A stretch of DNA of 63,882 bases, filler included, from Actinomycetota bacterium (lineage in GTDB: Bacteria; Actinomycetota; Acidimicrobiia; IMCC26256; VFJJ01): the NCBI GenBank assembly GCA_009886115.1. It is 4 parts of 4 records of this genome, joined end to end, with 100 filler letters (N's around TTAATTAATTAA, not from the genome) between each part and the next. Parts side by side here need not be neighbours in the genome. Positions count along the whole stretch, not along the records: positions 1 to 17,661 come from VFJJ01000113.1; 3 more parts are not named here. One strand, 5' to 3'. Below, in pieces: positions 1 to 7,808 of this stretch; position 1 is the stretch's first letter, and every line of letters begins with the position of its first letter. Position numbers and translations under genes: made by a program. Below the pieces are notes generated by a model, which was given only the letters and a program-made list of their open reading frames with translations, was not told the DNA's origin and made no database searches.

Positions 1-16
1 CTGGTCGGCGTCGAAC

Positions 17-247
17 GTGGCGTGGTGGTCGAACGGGTCGACGAGTCGGTCGGGGAGATCGTGGTGTCGTGTCGGCTCCGGGCGGGCACGACCCGCCGGT
101 GTGGTCGGTCACCTCGGTGGGTGGGTCGCCGAGCACTGCGCTCCGGCCGGTTCGCCGGTTCGTGAGCACTACGTGGTCTCGTTCCCTGCGCCGGTCGAGG
201 AGTTCCGCACCGAGATCCACTGGCCGGTCCTACCACCGCCCCGATGA
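17..247 (+). CDS. C-terminal fragment of a GyrI-like effector-binding domain protein (MerR-type regulator tail), partial or degraded
   Basis: LGGWVAEH...PVREHYVVS...FRTEIHWPV resembles GyrI-like C-termini; the 5' part is not recognisable and lies at the window edge. Confidence 0.4.
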   Translation: MAWWSNGSTSRSGRSWCRVGSGRARPAGVVGHLGGWVAEHCAPAGSPVREHYVVSFPAPVEEFRTEIHWPVLPPPR

Positions 248-294
248 ATCACCTCACCGAGAGCACCAGCGACCTCATCGGCAAGGAGCACAGC

Positions 295-654
295 ATGACC
301 CTGTCCCTCGCCCACATCGCGTTCGATTGCGATGACGCTCGCGTTCTCGCCGACTTCTGGTCGAAGGCGATCGGTCGCCCCGTCAACGACGGAGCAGAGC
401 CGTTCTTCGCCACGATCGACTATCCACCCGCGCCGGGCCGTCCGGCTTGGCTGTTCATGAAGGTGCCCGAGGGAAAGACCGCCAAGAACCGGATGCATCT
501 CGACCTCGACAGCAACCCCGGTGAGGGTGGCCGCGACGCAGAAGTCGCCCGTTTGGTCTCGTTGGGTGCGACCAGGGTCGGTGAGCACGACGAATGGGGG
601 CACCAGTGGGTCGTGATGAACGACCCGGAAGGCAACGAGTTCTGCGTCAGCTGA
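295..654 (+). CDS. VOC/glyoxalase-like family protein
   Basis: HIAFDC..LADFW, KNRMHLDL and DPEGNEFCV motifs; AAGGAG RBS upstream of ATG 295. Confidence 0.9.
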   Translation: MTLSLAHIAFDCDDARVLADFWSKAIGRPVNDGAEPFFATIDYPPAPGRPAWLFMKVPEGKTAKNRMHLDLDSNPGEGGRDAEVARLVSLGATRVGEHDEWGHQWVVMNDPEGNEFCVS

Positions 655-804
655 CGGGGCGGCTCGCCGTGTGCCCGACGTGCCACGGGGCGGGGCGACG
701 AGGTCCCAGGACCAGGGGCCCCTCCCGCCGACCAACGTGCACGGGCCATCGCGTTGGCATCGGGACGGTCACTCGGATGCCTGGGACGCTTCGGCGGCCA
801 CAGG

Positions 805-1296
805 TCAGTCGGTGGCGAGGATGGCGTCGATCTGTCCCATGGCGGCGGCGAGTCCTTCCTCCATGCCCATCGCGATGAGCTGGTCCATGGCCTCACTCGA
901 GGGGAACCGCGACTCGATGAGCATCCGGGTGGCGCCGCTCGGCAACTCGGCGAACGTCACGCTGAACTGTGTCGTCGGCAGCGTTTCCTCGGGGTTGCCC
1001 TCGGCGTCGGCGAAGCCGTCTTCCAGGTCGAGGCGGTGTGGCTCGTCGACGGCGAGGACCGTCCACCATCCATGGTGCTGCTCGCCTTCGGGGCTCGTCA
1101 TGAAGTACGCGACCTTCCCGCCCGGACGGAGGTCGTGTTCGACAACGGTCGCCGGATAGGAGGGCGGGCCCCACCAGCGCTCGAGCTTGCGTGGGTCGGC
1201 CCAGAGCTGCCAGACGCGCTCGATCGGGGCGTCCCACTCGCTGGCGACGGTCATCGTGAGGGCGGTCGGGTCCTTGCGGACGTCGGTCACGGTCAT
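805..1296 (-). CDS. SRPBCC/AHSA1 domain protein
   Basis: APIERVWQLW.DP..LERWWGP, DLRPGG and GMEEG motifs; start overlaps the ArsR stop (ATGA). Confidence 0.92.
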   Translation of the reverse strand: MTVTDVRKDPTALTMTVASEWDAPIERVWQLWADPRKLERWWGPPSYPATVVEHDLRPGGKVAYFMTSPEGEQHHGWWTVLAVDEPHRLDLEDGFADAEGNPEETLPTTQFSVTFAELPSGATRMLIESRFPSSEAMDQLIAMGMEEGLAAAMGQIDAILATD

Positions 1297-1652
1297 GGAT
1301 GCTCTCCTTGATCGGGCTCGGCGAGAACGTCGGCGAAGCGCTGCATGCGGTCACGCCAGATCGCCTCGAGCTCGTCGAGCAAACGGTTGACGTCGCGTAC
1401 GGTGTCGATGCGCCCGCAGACGATCCGCTCGCGTCCTCGCTGGTGCTTGGTGACGAGCTCGGCCCGCTCGAGGACGGCGACGTGTTTCTGCACGGCGGCG
1501 AAGCTCATCGGATAGCGCCGAGCGAGGTCGGTCACGGAGTGCTCGCCGCGCAACACGAGCCGGACGATGTCGCGGCGGGTTCTGTCAGCGAGTGCATGGA
1601 ACAGAAGGTCTGTTCGCTCAGCTTCCGAGGTTCGCTCCTGATCTACAACCAT
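1293..1652 (-). CDS. ArsR/SmtB family transcriptional regulator
   Basis: LFHALADRTRRDIV...AVQKHVAVLERAELV..RGRE; classic ArsR-SRPBCC pair; start placed at ATG 1652, downstream of the predicted promoter. Confidence 0.92.
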   Translation of the reverse strand: MVVDQERTSEAERTDLLFHALADRTRRDIVRLVLRGEHSVTDLARRYPMSFAAVQKHVAVLERAELVTKHQRGRERIVCGRIDTVRDVNRLLDELEAIWRDRMQRFADVLAEPDQGEHP

Positions 1653-1689
1653 CTGGTTGTACGTTACAGACATTCTCTACCGGCGTCAA
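1644..1689 (-). promoter_or_regulatory. sigma70-type promoter plus palindromic ArsR operator
   Basis: Minus strand TTGACG (1689-1684), 17 nt, TAACGT (1666-1661); perfect inverted repeat TACAACC-ATCT-GGTTGTA (1644-1661) overlaps the start codon. Confidence 0.75.
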
Positions 1690-1804
1690 GGGGACGATCG
1701 CGACCGACGTGATCGACGCGACCGTCGCGCGAACCGACGATTACGATCCGCGAGAGCGACGCTTCCCGGCTTCACCCCAGCGAGTTGCACGAGGAAGGAA
1801 CGTC

Positions 1805-2764
1805 ATGCGGGCAGCAGTCTTCGACCGGTACGGCCCACCGGAGGTCGTGCGCGTCGCCGAGGTTCCCCAGCCGGCACCGCGCGCCGACGACGTGCTGGTG
1901 CGGATCGAAACGGCGGCGGTCACGTCGGGGGACGCGCGTATCCGGGGTGCACGGTTTCCGGCGGGGTTCGGGTTGCTGGCTCGTCTGGCGTTCGGTGTTG
2001 TCCGACCGCGGCGACCGGTCCTGGGTTCTTCGTTCTCCGGGGTCGTTGAGACCGTCGGGTCACGTGTGGTCGACTTCGCGCCTGGCGACGAGGTGTGCGG
2101 CATGACCGGAACCAAGCTGGGCGCGCACGCGGAGTATGTCGCCGTGCCGGCGAAGAGGCTCGCCCGCAAACCAGCTGGGGTGAGCCACGACGATGCGGCC
2201 GGGTTGCTGTTCGGTGGCACGACGGCGCTGTTCTTCTTGCGGGACAAGGCGTCGGTGACGTCGGGCATGTCGGTGCTCGTGAACGGCGCCTCCGGCGCGG
2301 TGGGCACGAACGCGGTCCAGATCGCCAAGCACCTCGGCGCAACGGTCACGGGAGTGACCAGCGCAGGGAACGCCGCAACGGTCACGAGCCTCGGCGCCAA
2401 CCGGATCATCGACTACGCCAACGAAGATCTCTCAGCCACCACCGAGCGATTCGACGTCGTGCTCGACACGGTCGGAAACCTGTCGAGGAGGTCCGGTCGG
2501 CGACTGCTGCGCCCCGACGGGGTGTTGGTGCTCGCCGTCGCGGGCCTGTCGGACACGATCCGAGCGCGCGGCAACGTCGTCGCTGGAAGTGCGCCCGAGC
2601 GAGTCGACGACTTCGATCTCTTGCTGCGACTCGTGGCCGACGGCGAGATCATCGTCGTGCACGATCAGACCTACGACCTCGACGAGATCGCCGACGCCCA
2701 TCGACGCGTCGACAGCGGCCACAAGCTCGGCAACGTGGTCGTGCGCCCATGGCCGCCCGCCTGA
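1805..2764 (+). CDS. NAD(P)-dependent MDR-family (quinone oxidoreductase-like) dehydrogenase
   Basis: MRAAVFDRYGPPEV, GAHAEYV, VLVNGASGAVG, GHKLGNVVV. Confidence 0.9.
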   Translation: MRAAVFDRYGPPEVVRVAEVPQPAPRADDVLVRIETAAVTSGDARIRGARFPAGFGLLARLAFGVVRPRRPVLGSSFSGVVETVGSRVVDFAPGDEVCGMTGTKLGAHAEYVAVPAKRLARKPAGVSHDDAAGLLFGGTTALFFLRDKASVTSGMSVLVNGASGAVGTNAVQIAKHLGATVTGVTSAGNAATVTSLGANRIIDYANEDLSATTERFDVVLDTVGNLSRRSGRRLLRPDGVLVLAVAGLSDTIRARGNVVAGSAPERVDDFDLLLRLVADGEIIVVHDQTYDLDEIADAHRRVDSGHKLGNVVVRPWPPA

Positions 2765-3009
2765 TCACCCCGGGCGTGATCTCCTCGTGGGCTGCCCAGG
2801 CGCCGCGTGCTCGCTCGTCGAGATCGATCGGGGTCGACTCGCTCTCCAAGTTCAGGAGAGACGCAATTTGAACGAACCTGAAATGGGTCGCCCGAACCGA
2901 GCGGTAGGGTTCCCCGACGGGGCACACTGTCGGCGCCTCCACCGGATCGAACTCGGGGACGGGCGACGGGGGCGACAGCCCGACGGTGTGACGGGACGGG
3001 ATTTCTCTC

Positions 3010-4182
3010 ATGGGCGATGAACGGCACTTCGAGGTCGAGCCGCTGCTCGCGCAAGCTCGGGAGCGGGCCGGCGGCCTCGAGGATCTCGGGTCGGGCCCCT
3101 TCCTCGAGCCGTTGGCCCGCTTCGTCGACTCGCTGAACGACGAGGCTCGCCTGAACGACGTCGGCCGGTACGTGGCCCGGGAGCGCGTGCTGCTGCACAC
3201 GGTGAACCGGTTGCTGTACGTCAACGACCGCGCCCGGTACCCCGGCATCGCCGAGGTGGCCATCGAGCGGCCCGTGTTCATCGTCGGCCTTCCTCGGACC
3301 GGTACGACGATCCTCCACGACATCTTGGCCCAGGACCCGGCCAACCGGGCCCCCCTCACGTGGGAGCTCATGTTCCCGTCGCCTCCGCCCACGACCGAGG
3401 ACGCCGCGACCGACCCGCGCATCGCTGCGTGCCAGGCGACCATCCCGACCGGCGACATGCACTCCGAGCTGTTCAAGGCCATGCACCCCATGGGTGCGCT
3501 GCTGTCGCAGGAGTGCGTGGTGATGATGGGCGACGCCATGTGCACGGCCTTGTTCCACAACCAGTTCCGGGTTCCGAGCTATCAGGACTGGGTCGACGAC
3601 GAGGCCGACTGGGCCCCGGTGTACGATTTCCATCGCCGCCAGCTCCAGCATCTCGGCTGGCGCAAGCCCGGTGACCGGTGGGTGCTGAAGACGGGCGGGC
3701 ACCTGTGGGGGCTCGAGCATCTCCTGGCGGTGTACCCCGATGCCCGCATCGTGTTCACCCACCGTGATCCGGTGAAGTCGATGACGTCCTACGCCAGCCT
3801 CACCACGTTGGTCCGCTCCCGGTGCAGCGACGACGTCGACCCTTTCGAGATCGCAGCCGACTGGACGAGCCGCCTGCGGGCCAAGGTCGAGCATGCCCTC
3901 GACGTCCGGCTGAACGGCGAGTACCCCGATGCCGTGTTCTACGACATGTACTTCCACGACTTCGTCGCCGACCAGTTCGCCGAGATCACCAAGATCTACG
4001 ACGCCTTCGAGCTTCCGATGTCGAACGTCGGCGCCCCGAGCATGCGGGCGTACATCGCCGAGCATCCCAAGGGCAAGGACGGCATCCATCGGTACGAGCC
4101 CGAGGAGTACGGGGTCGATCCAATCACCGTTCGACGGGACTTCGCCCGATACATCGAGCATTTCGGCTTGCGACCCGAGTAG
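3010..4182 (+). CDS. PAPS-dependent sulfotransferase (Sulfotransfer_3 type)
   Basis: FIVGLPRTGTT 5'-PSB loop, WVLK, THRDP...S 3'-PB motif. Confidence 0.9.
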   Translation: MGDERHFEVEPLLAQARERAGGLEDLGSGPFLEPLARFVDSLNDEARLNDVGRYVARERVLLHTVNRLLYVNDRARYPGIAEVAIERPVFIVGLPRTGTTILHDILAQDPANRAPLTWELMFPSPPPTTEDAATDPRIAACQATIPTGDMHSELFKAMHPMGALLSQECVVMMGDAMCTALFHNQFRVPSYQDWVDDEADWAPVYDFHRRQLQHLGWRKPGDRWVLKTGGHLWGLEHLLAVYPDARIVFTHRDPVKSMTSYASLTTLVRSRCSDDVDPFEIAADWTSRLRAKVEHALDVRLNGEYPDAVFYDMYFHDFVADQFAEITKIYDAFELPMSNVGAPSMRAYIAEHPKGKDGIHRYEPEEYGVDPITVRRDFARYIEHFGLRPE

Positions 4183-4201
4183 CGACGAGCCAGGAGCCAC
4201 C

Positions 4202-5260
4202 ATGACGACACCGACCACCATGCGCGCGTGGCGCACCCACGAGTACGGCGAGCCGAAGCACGCGCTGAAGCTCGATCAGGTCGACGTGCCCGAGCCCGGC
4301 CCGGGCGAGATCAGGGTGCGCGTGTCTGCGATCCCCCTGAACCTCAACGATCTCGAGCGGGTGACGGGCGGCAACATGGCGGTGCGGATCGAGCTCCCGT
4401 ACAGCCCGGGCATGGAGACCATGGGGATCGTCGATGCCTGTGGCCCAGGCACCGAGGACCGGCTCGGTCAGCGGGTTGCCGGAACCACGCGCATGGCGCA
4501 CGGCGGATTCGCCGAGTACGTCATCTGCCCGGCCGCGTCGGCCTTCGAGATCCCCGAGACCATCCCGCTCCCCGACGCGGCATGCTTGTACTTCCCGTAT
4601 CACCTGGCGTGGCTCGGCCTGTACGACCGAGCCGAGCTCCAGGCCGGCGAGACGGTCCTGATCCATGCGGCGGCTGGCGGGTCGGGCTCGGCCGCGATCC
4701 AGTTGGCCAAGCATCGTGGGGCCACGGTCTTCGCCACCGTGGGCTCCGAAGCCAAGATGCAGCTCTGCTCCGACCTCGGTGCCGACCACGTCATCAACTA
4801 CACCACCGACGACTTCGCTGCCGTGGTGATGCGCGAGACCGGCCAGCGTGGTGTCGACGTGGTGTTCGACAACGTCGGCGACTCGGTGATGGCTGCTTCG
4901 ATGAATGTCACGGCGTACAACGGCCGCTACCTCATGATGGGCTTCGCGTCCGACAAGACCGTTGCAGACGAGAAGTACCTCGTACCCCGACGGGTGATGA
5001 TGGGGAACTTCAAGCTCTGCGGCGTGCTGCTCGCCTACGTCGCCGACGGCGCGGTCGCCCCGACCAAGAGCGCCATCGGAGCCAACTTCGCCCCGGCGTC
5101 ACGGGGCGCAGACATCAACCGGCAGATCGTCGATCTGGTGTTGGCCGGGGCGGTCAAGCCGGTGATCGGATCGGTTGTCGACTTCAATGATCTGCCCGCG
5201 GCCCTGAGCGCCATGGCCGGTCGTGAGACCGTCGGCCGGGTGGTCGCTCAGCTCGGCTGA
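4202..5260 (+). CDS. NADPH:quinone oxidoreductase family (MDR) protein
   Basis: LPYSPGME, GGFAEY, VLIHAAAGGSGSAAIQ, GVDVVFDNVG; AGGAG RBS. Confidence 0.9.
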   Translation: MTTPTTMRAWRTHEYGEPKHALKLDQVDVPEPGPGEIRVRVSAIPLNLNDLERVTGGNMAVRIELPYSPGMETMGIVDACGPGTEDRLGQRVAGTTRMAHGGFAEYVICPAASAFEIPETIPLPDAACLYFPYHLAWLGLYDRAELQAGETVLIHAAAGGSGSAAIQLAKHRGATVFATVGSEAKMQLCSDLGADHVINYTTDDFAAVVMRETGQRGVDVVFDNVGDSVMAASMNVTAYNGRYLMMGFASDKTVADEKYLVPRRVMMGNFKLCGVLLAYVADGAVAPTKSAIGANFAPASRGADINRQIVDLVLAGAVKPVIGSVVDFNDLPAALSAMAGRETVGRVVAQLG

Positions 5261-5342
5261 TCAGCTCCCGAGACACGGCTACGATCCGCCTACGGTGCGC
5301 GGGCATCGTACGAGCGGGCGCCGGTCGGGCGATTCGAGGACC

Positions 5343-7679
5343 ATGGTGAACCACATCTCCAGTCGGGACGCGCCGACCCATGGACCGGCGGCCCGCATCG
5401 TCGGCCTGGTGCACGGCACCCGGCATCCGGAACCGTCGTGGACGCCGGCCGAAGCCGTGCTGCGCCTCGATCCCGCCGATGTGGCTCATTTCCTGCATGC
5501 CCACTTCACCGGTGTCGGCGACCGCGACGTGGTCGCCGTCGGGCTCCCGGTCTCACCCGGCGCCGCCATGGGCGAGATCGTGCTGTCGAGCGAGGCCGCG
5601 GTGACCGCATCCCAGCAGGGTCGCTCGGTGATCCTCGTCCGGCGGGAGACCACACCCGATGACGTGGTCGGGATGCAGTGCTCGCGGGGGATTCTCACGA
5701 CGCGCGGAGGGGTGGCGAGCCATGCCGCGCTCGTCGCTCGCGGGTGGGGTGTACCTGCGGTCGTGGGCGCCGCCGACGTGGAGATCACGGCCGACGGCAT
5801 CCGCGTGGGCGGACGGTCGATCCCAACGGGGAGCCGGCTGTCGATCGACGGCTCGACGGGCGAGGTGTTCCTCGGCGATGCCGCCGTGGCCACCGCCGTG
5901 GCCCCGCCCGAGCTCGAGGTCCTCATGGGCTGGGCCGACCGCTTCGCTGCCGGAGCCGTGACCGTGCGAGCCAACGCCGACCGGGCCTCGGATGCCCGTC
6001 ACGCCCGATCCCTTGGTGCACAAGGCATCGGCCTGTGTCGGACCGAGCACATGTTCCTCGACGAGGATCGCCTTCCCCTGGTCCGGCGCTTGATCCTCAC
6101 CGACGATCCCGACGAGGAACGGGCCGTCCTGGGCGAGCTCGAAGAGGCGCAACGCCAAGATTTCGAGGGGATCCTCGAGGCGATGGACGGGCTGCCGGTC
6201 ACCATCCGCCTGCTCGACGCCCCGCTGCACGAGTTCCTCCCCGACATCGAGACGCTCGTCGTGGGTGAGGCGGCGGGATCCCTCGACGCGTTCGGGCTCC
6301 GCGAGCTCGCGGCCGTGCGCCGTCTGCGTGAAGCCAATCCGATGATCGGGACCCGCGGCGTACGTCTCGGCGTCATCAGGCCGGGGCTGTACCCCATGCA
6401 GGTGCGGGCCATCTGCCGCGCTGTGGCGAGTCGGACCGGAGCCGGTGGCCACCCGCGCGTCGAGATCATGATCCCGCTGGTGATCGACCCGTCCGAGATG
6501 GTGCTGGCCCGCACCTGGGTCGCCGCGGCGATCGCGGTCACCGGAGCCGCGGGCCTCGGCGTCGACGTCGTGCGTGTGGGCGCCATGATCGAAACGCCTC
6601 GGGCCGCACTCTTGGCTGCCGAGCTCGCGCTGGTCGCCGACTTCTTCTCCTTCGGCACCAACGATCTCACGCAGCTGACCATGGGCCTCAGTCGCGACGA
6701 TGTCGAGATGCAACTCCTGCCCCGCTACATCGCCGACGGGATGCTGCCGGCCAATCCCTTCGAGGTGATCGACGAGCCGGGCGTCATCCGTCTGGTGCGT
6801 CAGGCCTGCGCCGATGCGCGAGCAACCGATGCGAACTTCGCCATCGGTGTGTGCGGTGAGCACGCTGGCGACCCCGGGTCGATCGAGCTGCTCGTCGGGT
6901 GCGGCGTCGACTCGGTGAGCTGCTCACCCCTGCGGGTCCCGATCGCTCGTCTGGCGGTCGCCCATGCGCTGTTGCGCTCGGGACGTGTCGCGCCCGAGGC
7001 CGTACCGGCACCGGGCCCCGTGACCGTGTCGACGCCGGTCGCCGATGACCGTGTCCGTGATGAGGAGCTCGACGAGCTGACCATGCGTGCACGTGTGCTG
7101 CATTCCTTGCGTATCAAGGGGTTCGCTCCGTCCGAGATGCTCGCCGAGGTCGCTGATCTCGATCTCGCGGCGACCTCGCGCCATCTCGACCTGCTCCTCG
7201 CCGACGAGCTGGTGCGGTTCATGCCGGCGCGTTCGTTGTGGGCGCTCACGCCGATGGGAACCCACCACCATCGCACCCTGTTGCCTGGGGTCGACGACGC
7301 GGGGCTCGCAGGGTTGCGCGCGGCCTACGAGCCGTTCCTCGGGCTCAATCTCCGGCTCAAGGAGCTGTGCACCTCGTGGCAGCTCCGCGACGGGGTTCCC
7401 AACGACCACAGCGACGAGAGCTACGACGCCGCCATCGTGGGCCGTCTCGTCGACCACCACCATGAGGCCCTCGGAGTCATCGGTGCCTTCGTCGCAGCGG
7501 TGGCGCGGTTCGGCGCGTATCCACGCCGGCTGACCCGCGCCGCGCAGCGCACCTCAGCCGGCGAGACCACGATGTTCACCGGCGTCATGTGCGGCTCGTA
7601 CCACGACGTCTGGATGGAGCTCCACGAGGACCTGATCGTCGTGCTCGGCATCGACCGTGTCGCCGAAGGCAGCTTCTGA
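5343..7679 (+). CDS. PPDK-derived protein: phospho-His swivel domain + PEP/pyruvate barrel + C-terminal Rv1126c-like wHTH/helical domain, with no ATP-grasp domain
   Basis: SPGAA, ETTPDD, GGVASHAA, GIGLCRTEHMF, IRLLD.PLHEFLP, FSFGTNDLTQ, CGEHAGDP; C-terminal WQLR..PNDH.D..YD and SYHDVWMELHEDL; GAGG RBS upstream of ATG 5343. Confidence 0.85.
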   Translation: MVNHISSRDAPTHGPAARIVGLVHGTRHPEPSWTPAEAVLRLDPADVAHFLHAHFTGVGDRDVVAVGLPVSPGAAMGEIVLSSEAAVTASQQGRSVILVRRETTPDDVVGMQCSRGILTTRGGVASHAALVARGWGVPAVVGAADVEITADGIRVGGRSIPTGSRLSIDGSTGEVFLGDAAVATAVAPPELEVLMGWADRFAAGAVTVRANADRASDARHARSLGAQGIGLCRTEHMFLDEDRLPLVRRLILTDDPDEERAVLGELEEAQRQDFEGILEAMDGLPVTIRLLDAPLHEFLPDIETLVVGEAAGSLDAFGLRELAAVRRLREANPMIGTRGVRLGVIRPGLYPMQVRAICRAVASRTGAGGHPRVEIMIPLVIDPSEMVLARTWVAAAIAVTGAAGLGVDVVRVGAMIETPRAALLAAELALVADFFSFGTNDLTQLTMGLSRDDVEMQLLPRYIADGMLPANPFEVIDEPGVIRLVRQACADARATDANFAIGVCGEHAGDPGSIELLVGCGVDSVSCSPLRVPIARLAVAHALLRSGRVAPEAVPAPGPVTVSTPVADDRVRDEELDELTMRARVLHSLRIKGFAPSEMLAEVADLDLAATSRHLDLLLADELVRFMPARSLWALTPMGTHHHRTLLPGVDDAGLAGLRAAYEPFLGLNLRLKELCTSWQLRDGVPNDHSDESYDAAIVGRLVDHHHEALGVIGAFVAAVARFGAYPRRLTRAAQRTSAGETTMFTGVMCGSYHDVWMELHEDLIVVLGIDRVAEGSF

Positions 7680-7808
7680 ACGCCGGCGTACCGCATCCGA
7701 TCTCCTGTCGGGACTGCCACTCCGGGACTGCGACACCGAGACTGCCGGACGGACGGGGGATGCTGCTACCGTCCGGGCGCTGACCGACGGGGACGAGGGA
7801 GACGCTCG

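Noticed and set aside
2671..4236. Long antisense ORFs (2671-4236, 12827-14551, 33903-35621, and the 5' extensions of 41441-43231, 50207-52975 and 57390-59339)
   Set aside because: These are shadow ORFs typical of high-GC DNA, lying opposite well-supported genes and lacking family motifs.
5343..7679. Ordinary ppdK or PTS Enzyme I (ptsI)
   Set aside because: It has no ATP-grasp domain, so it cannot be a full PPDK. Its motifs are PPDK-type, it lacks an HPr-binding helical domain, and no PTS genes are nearby.
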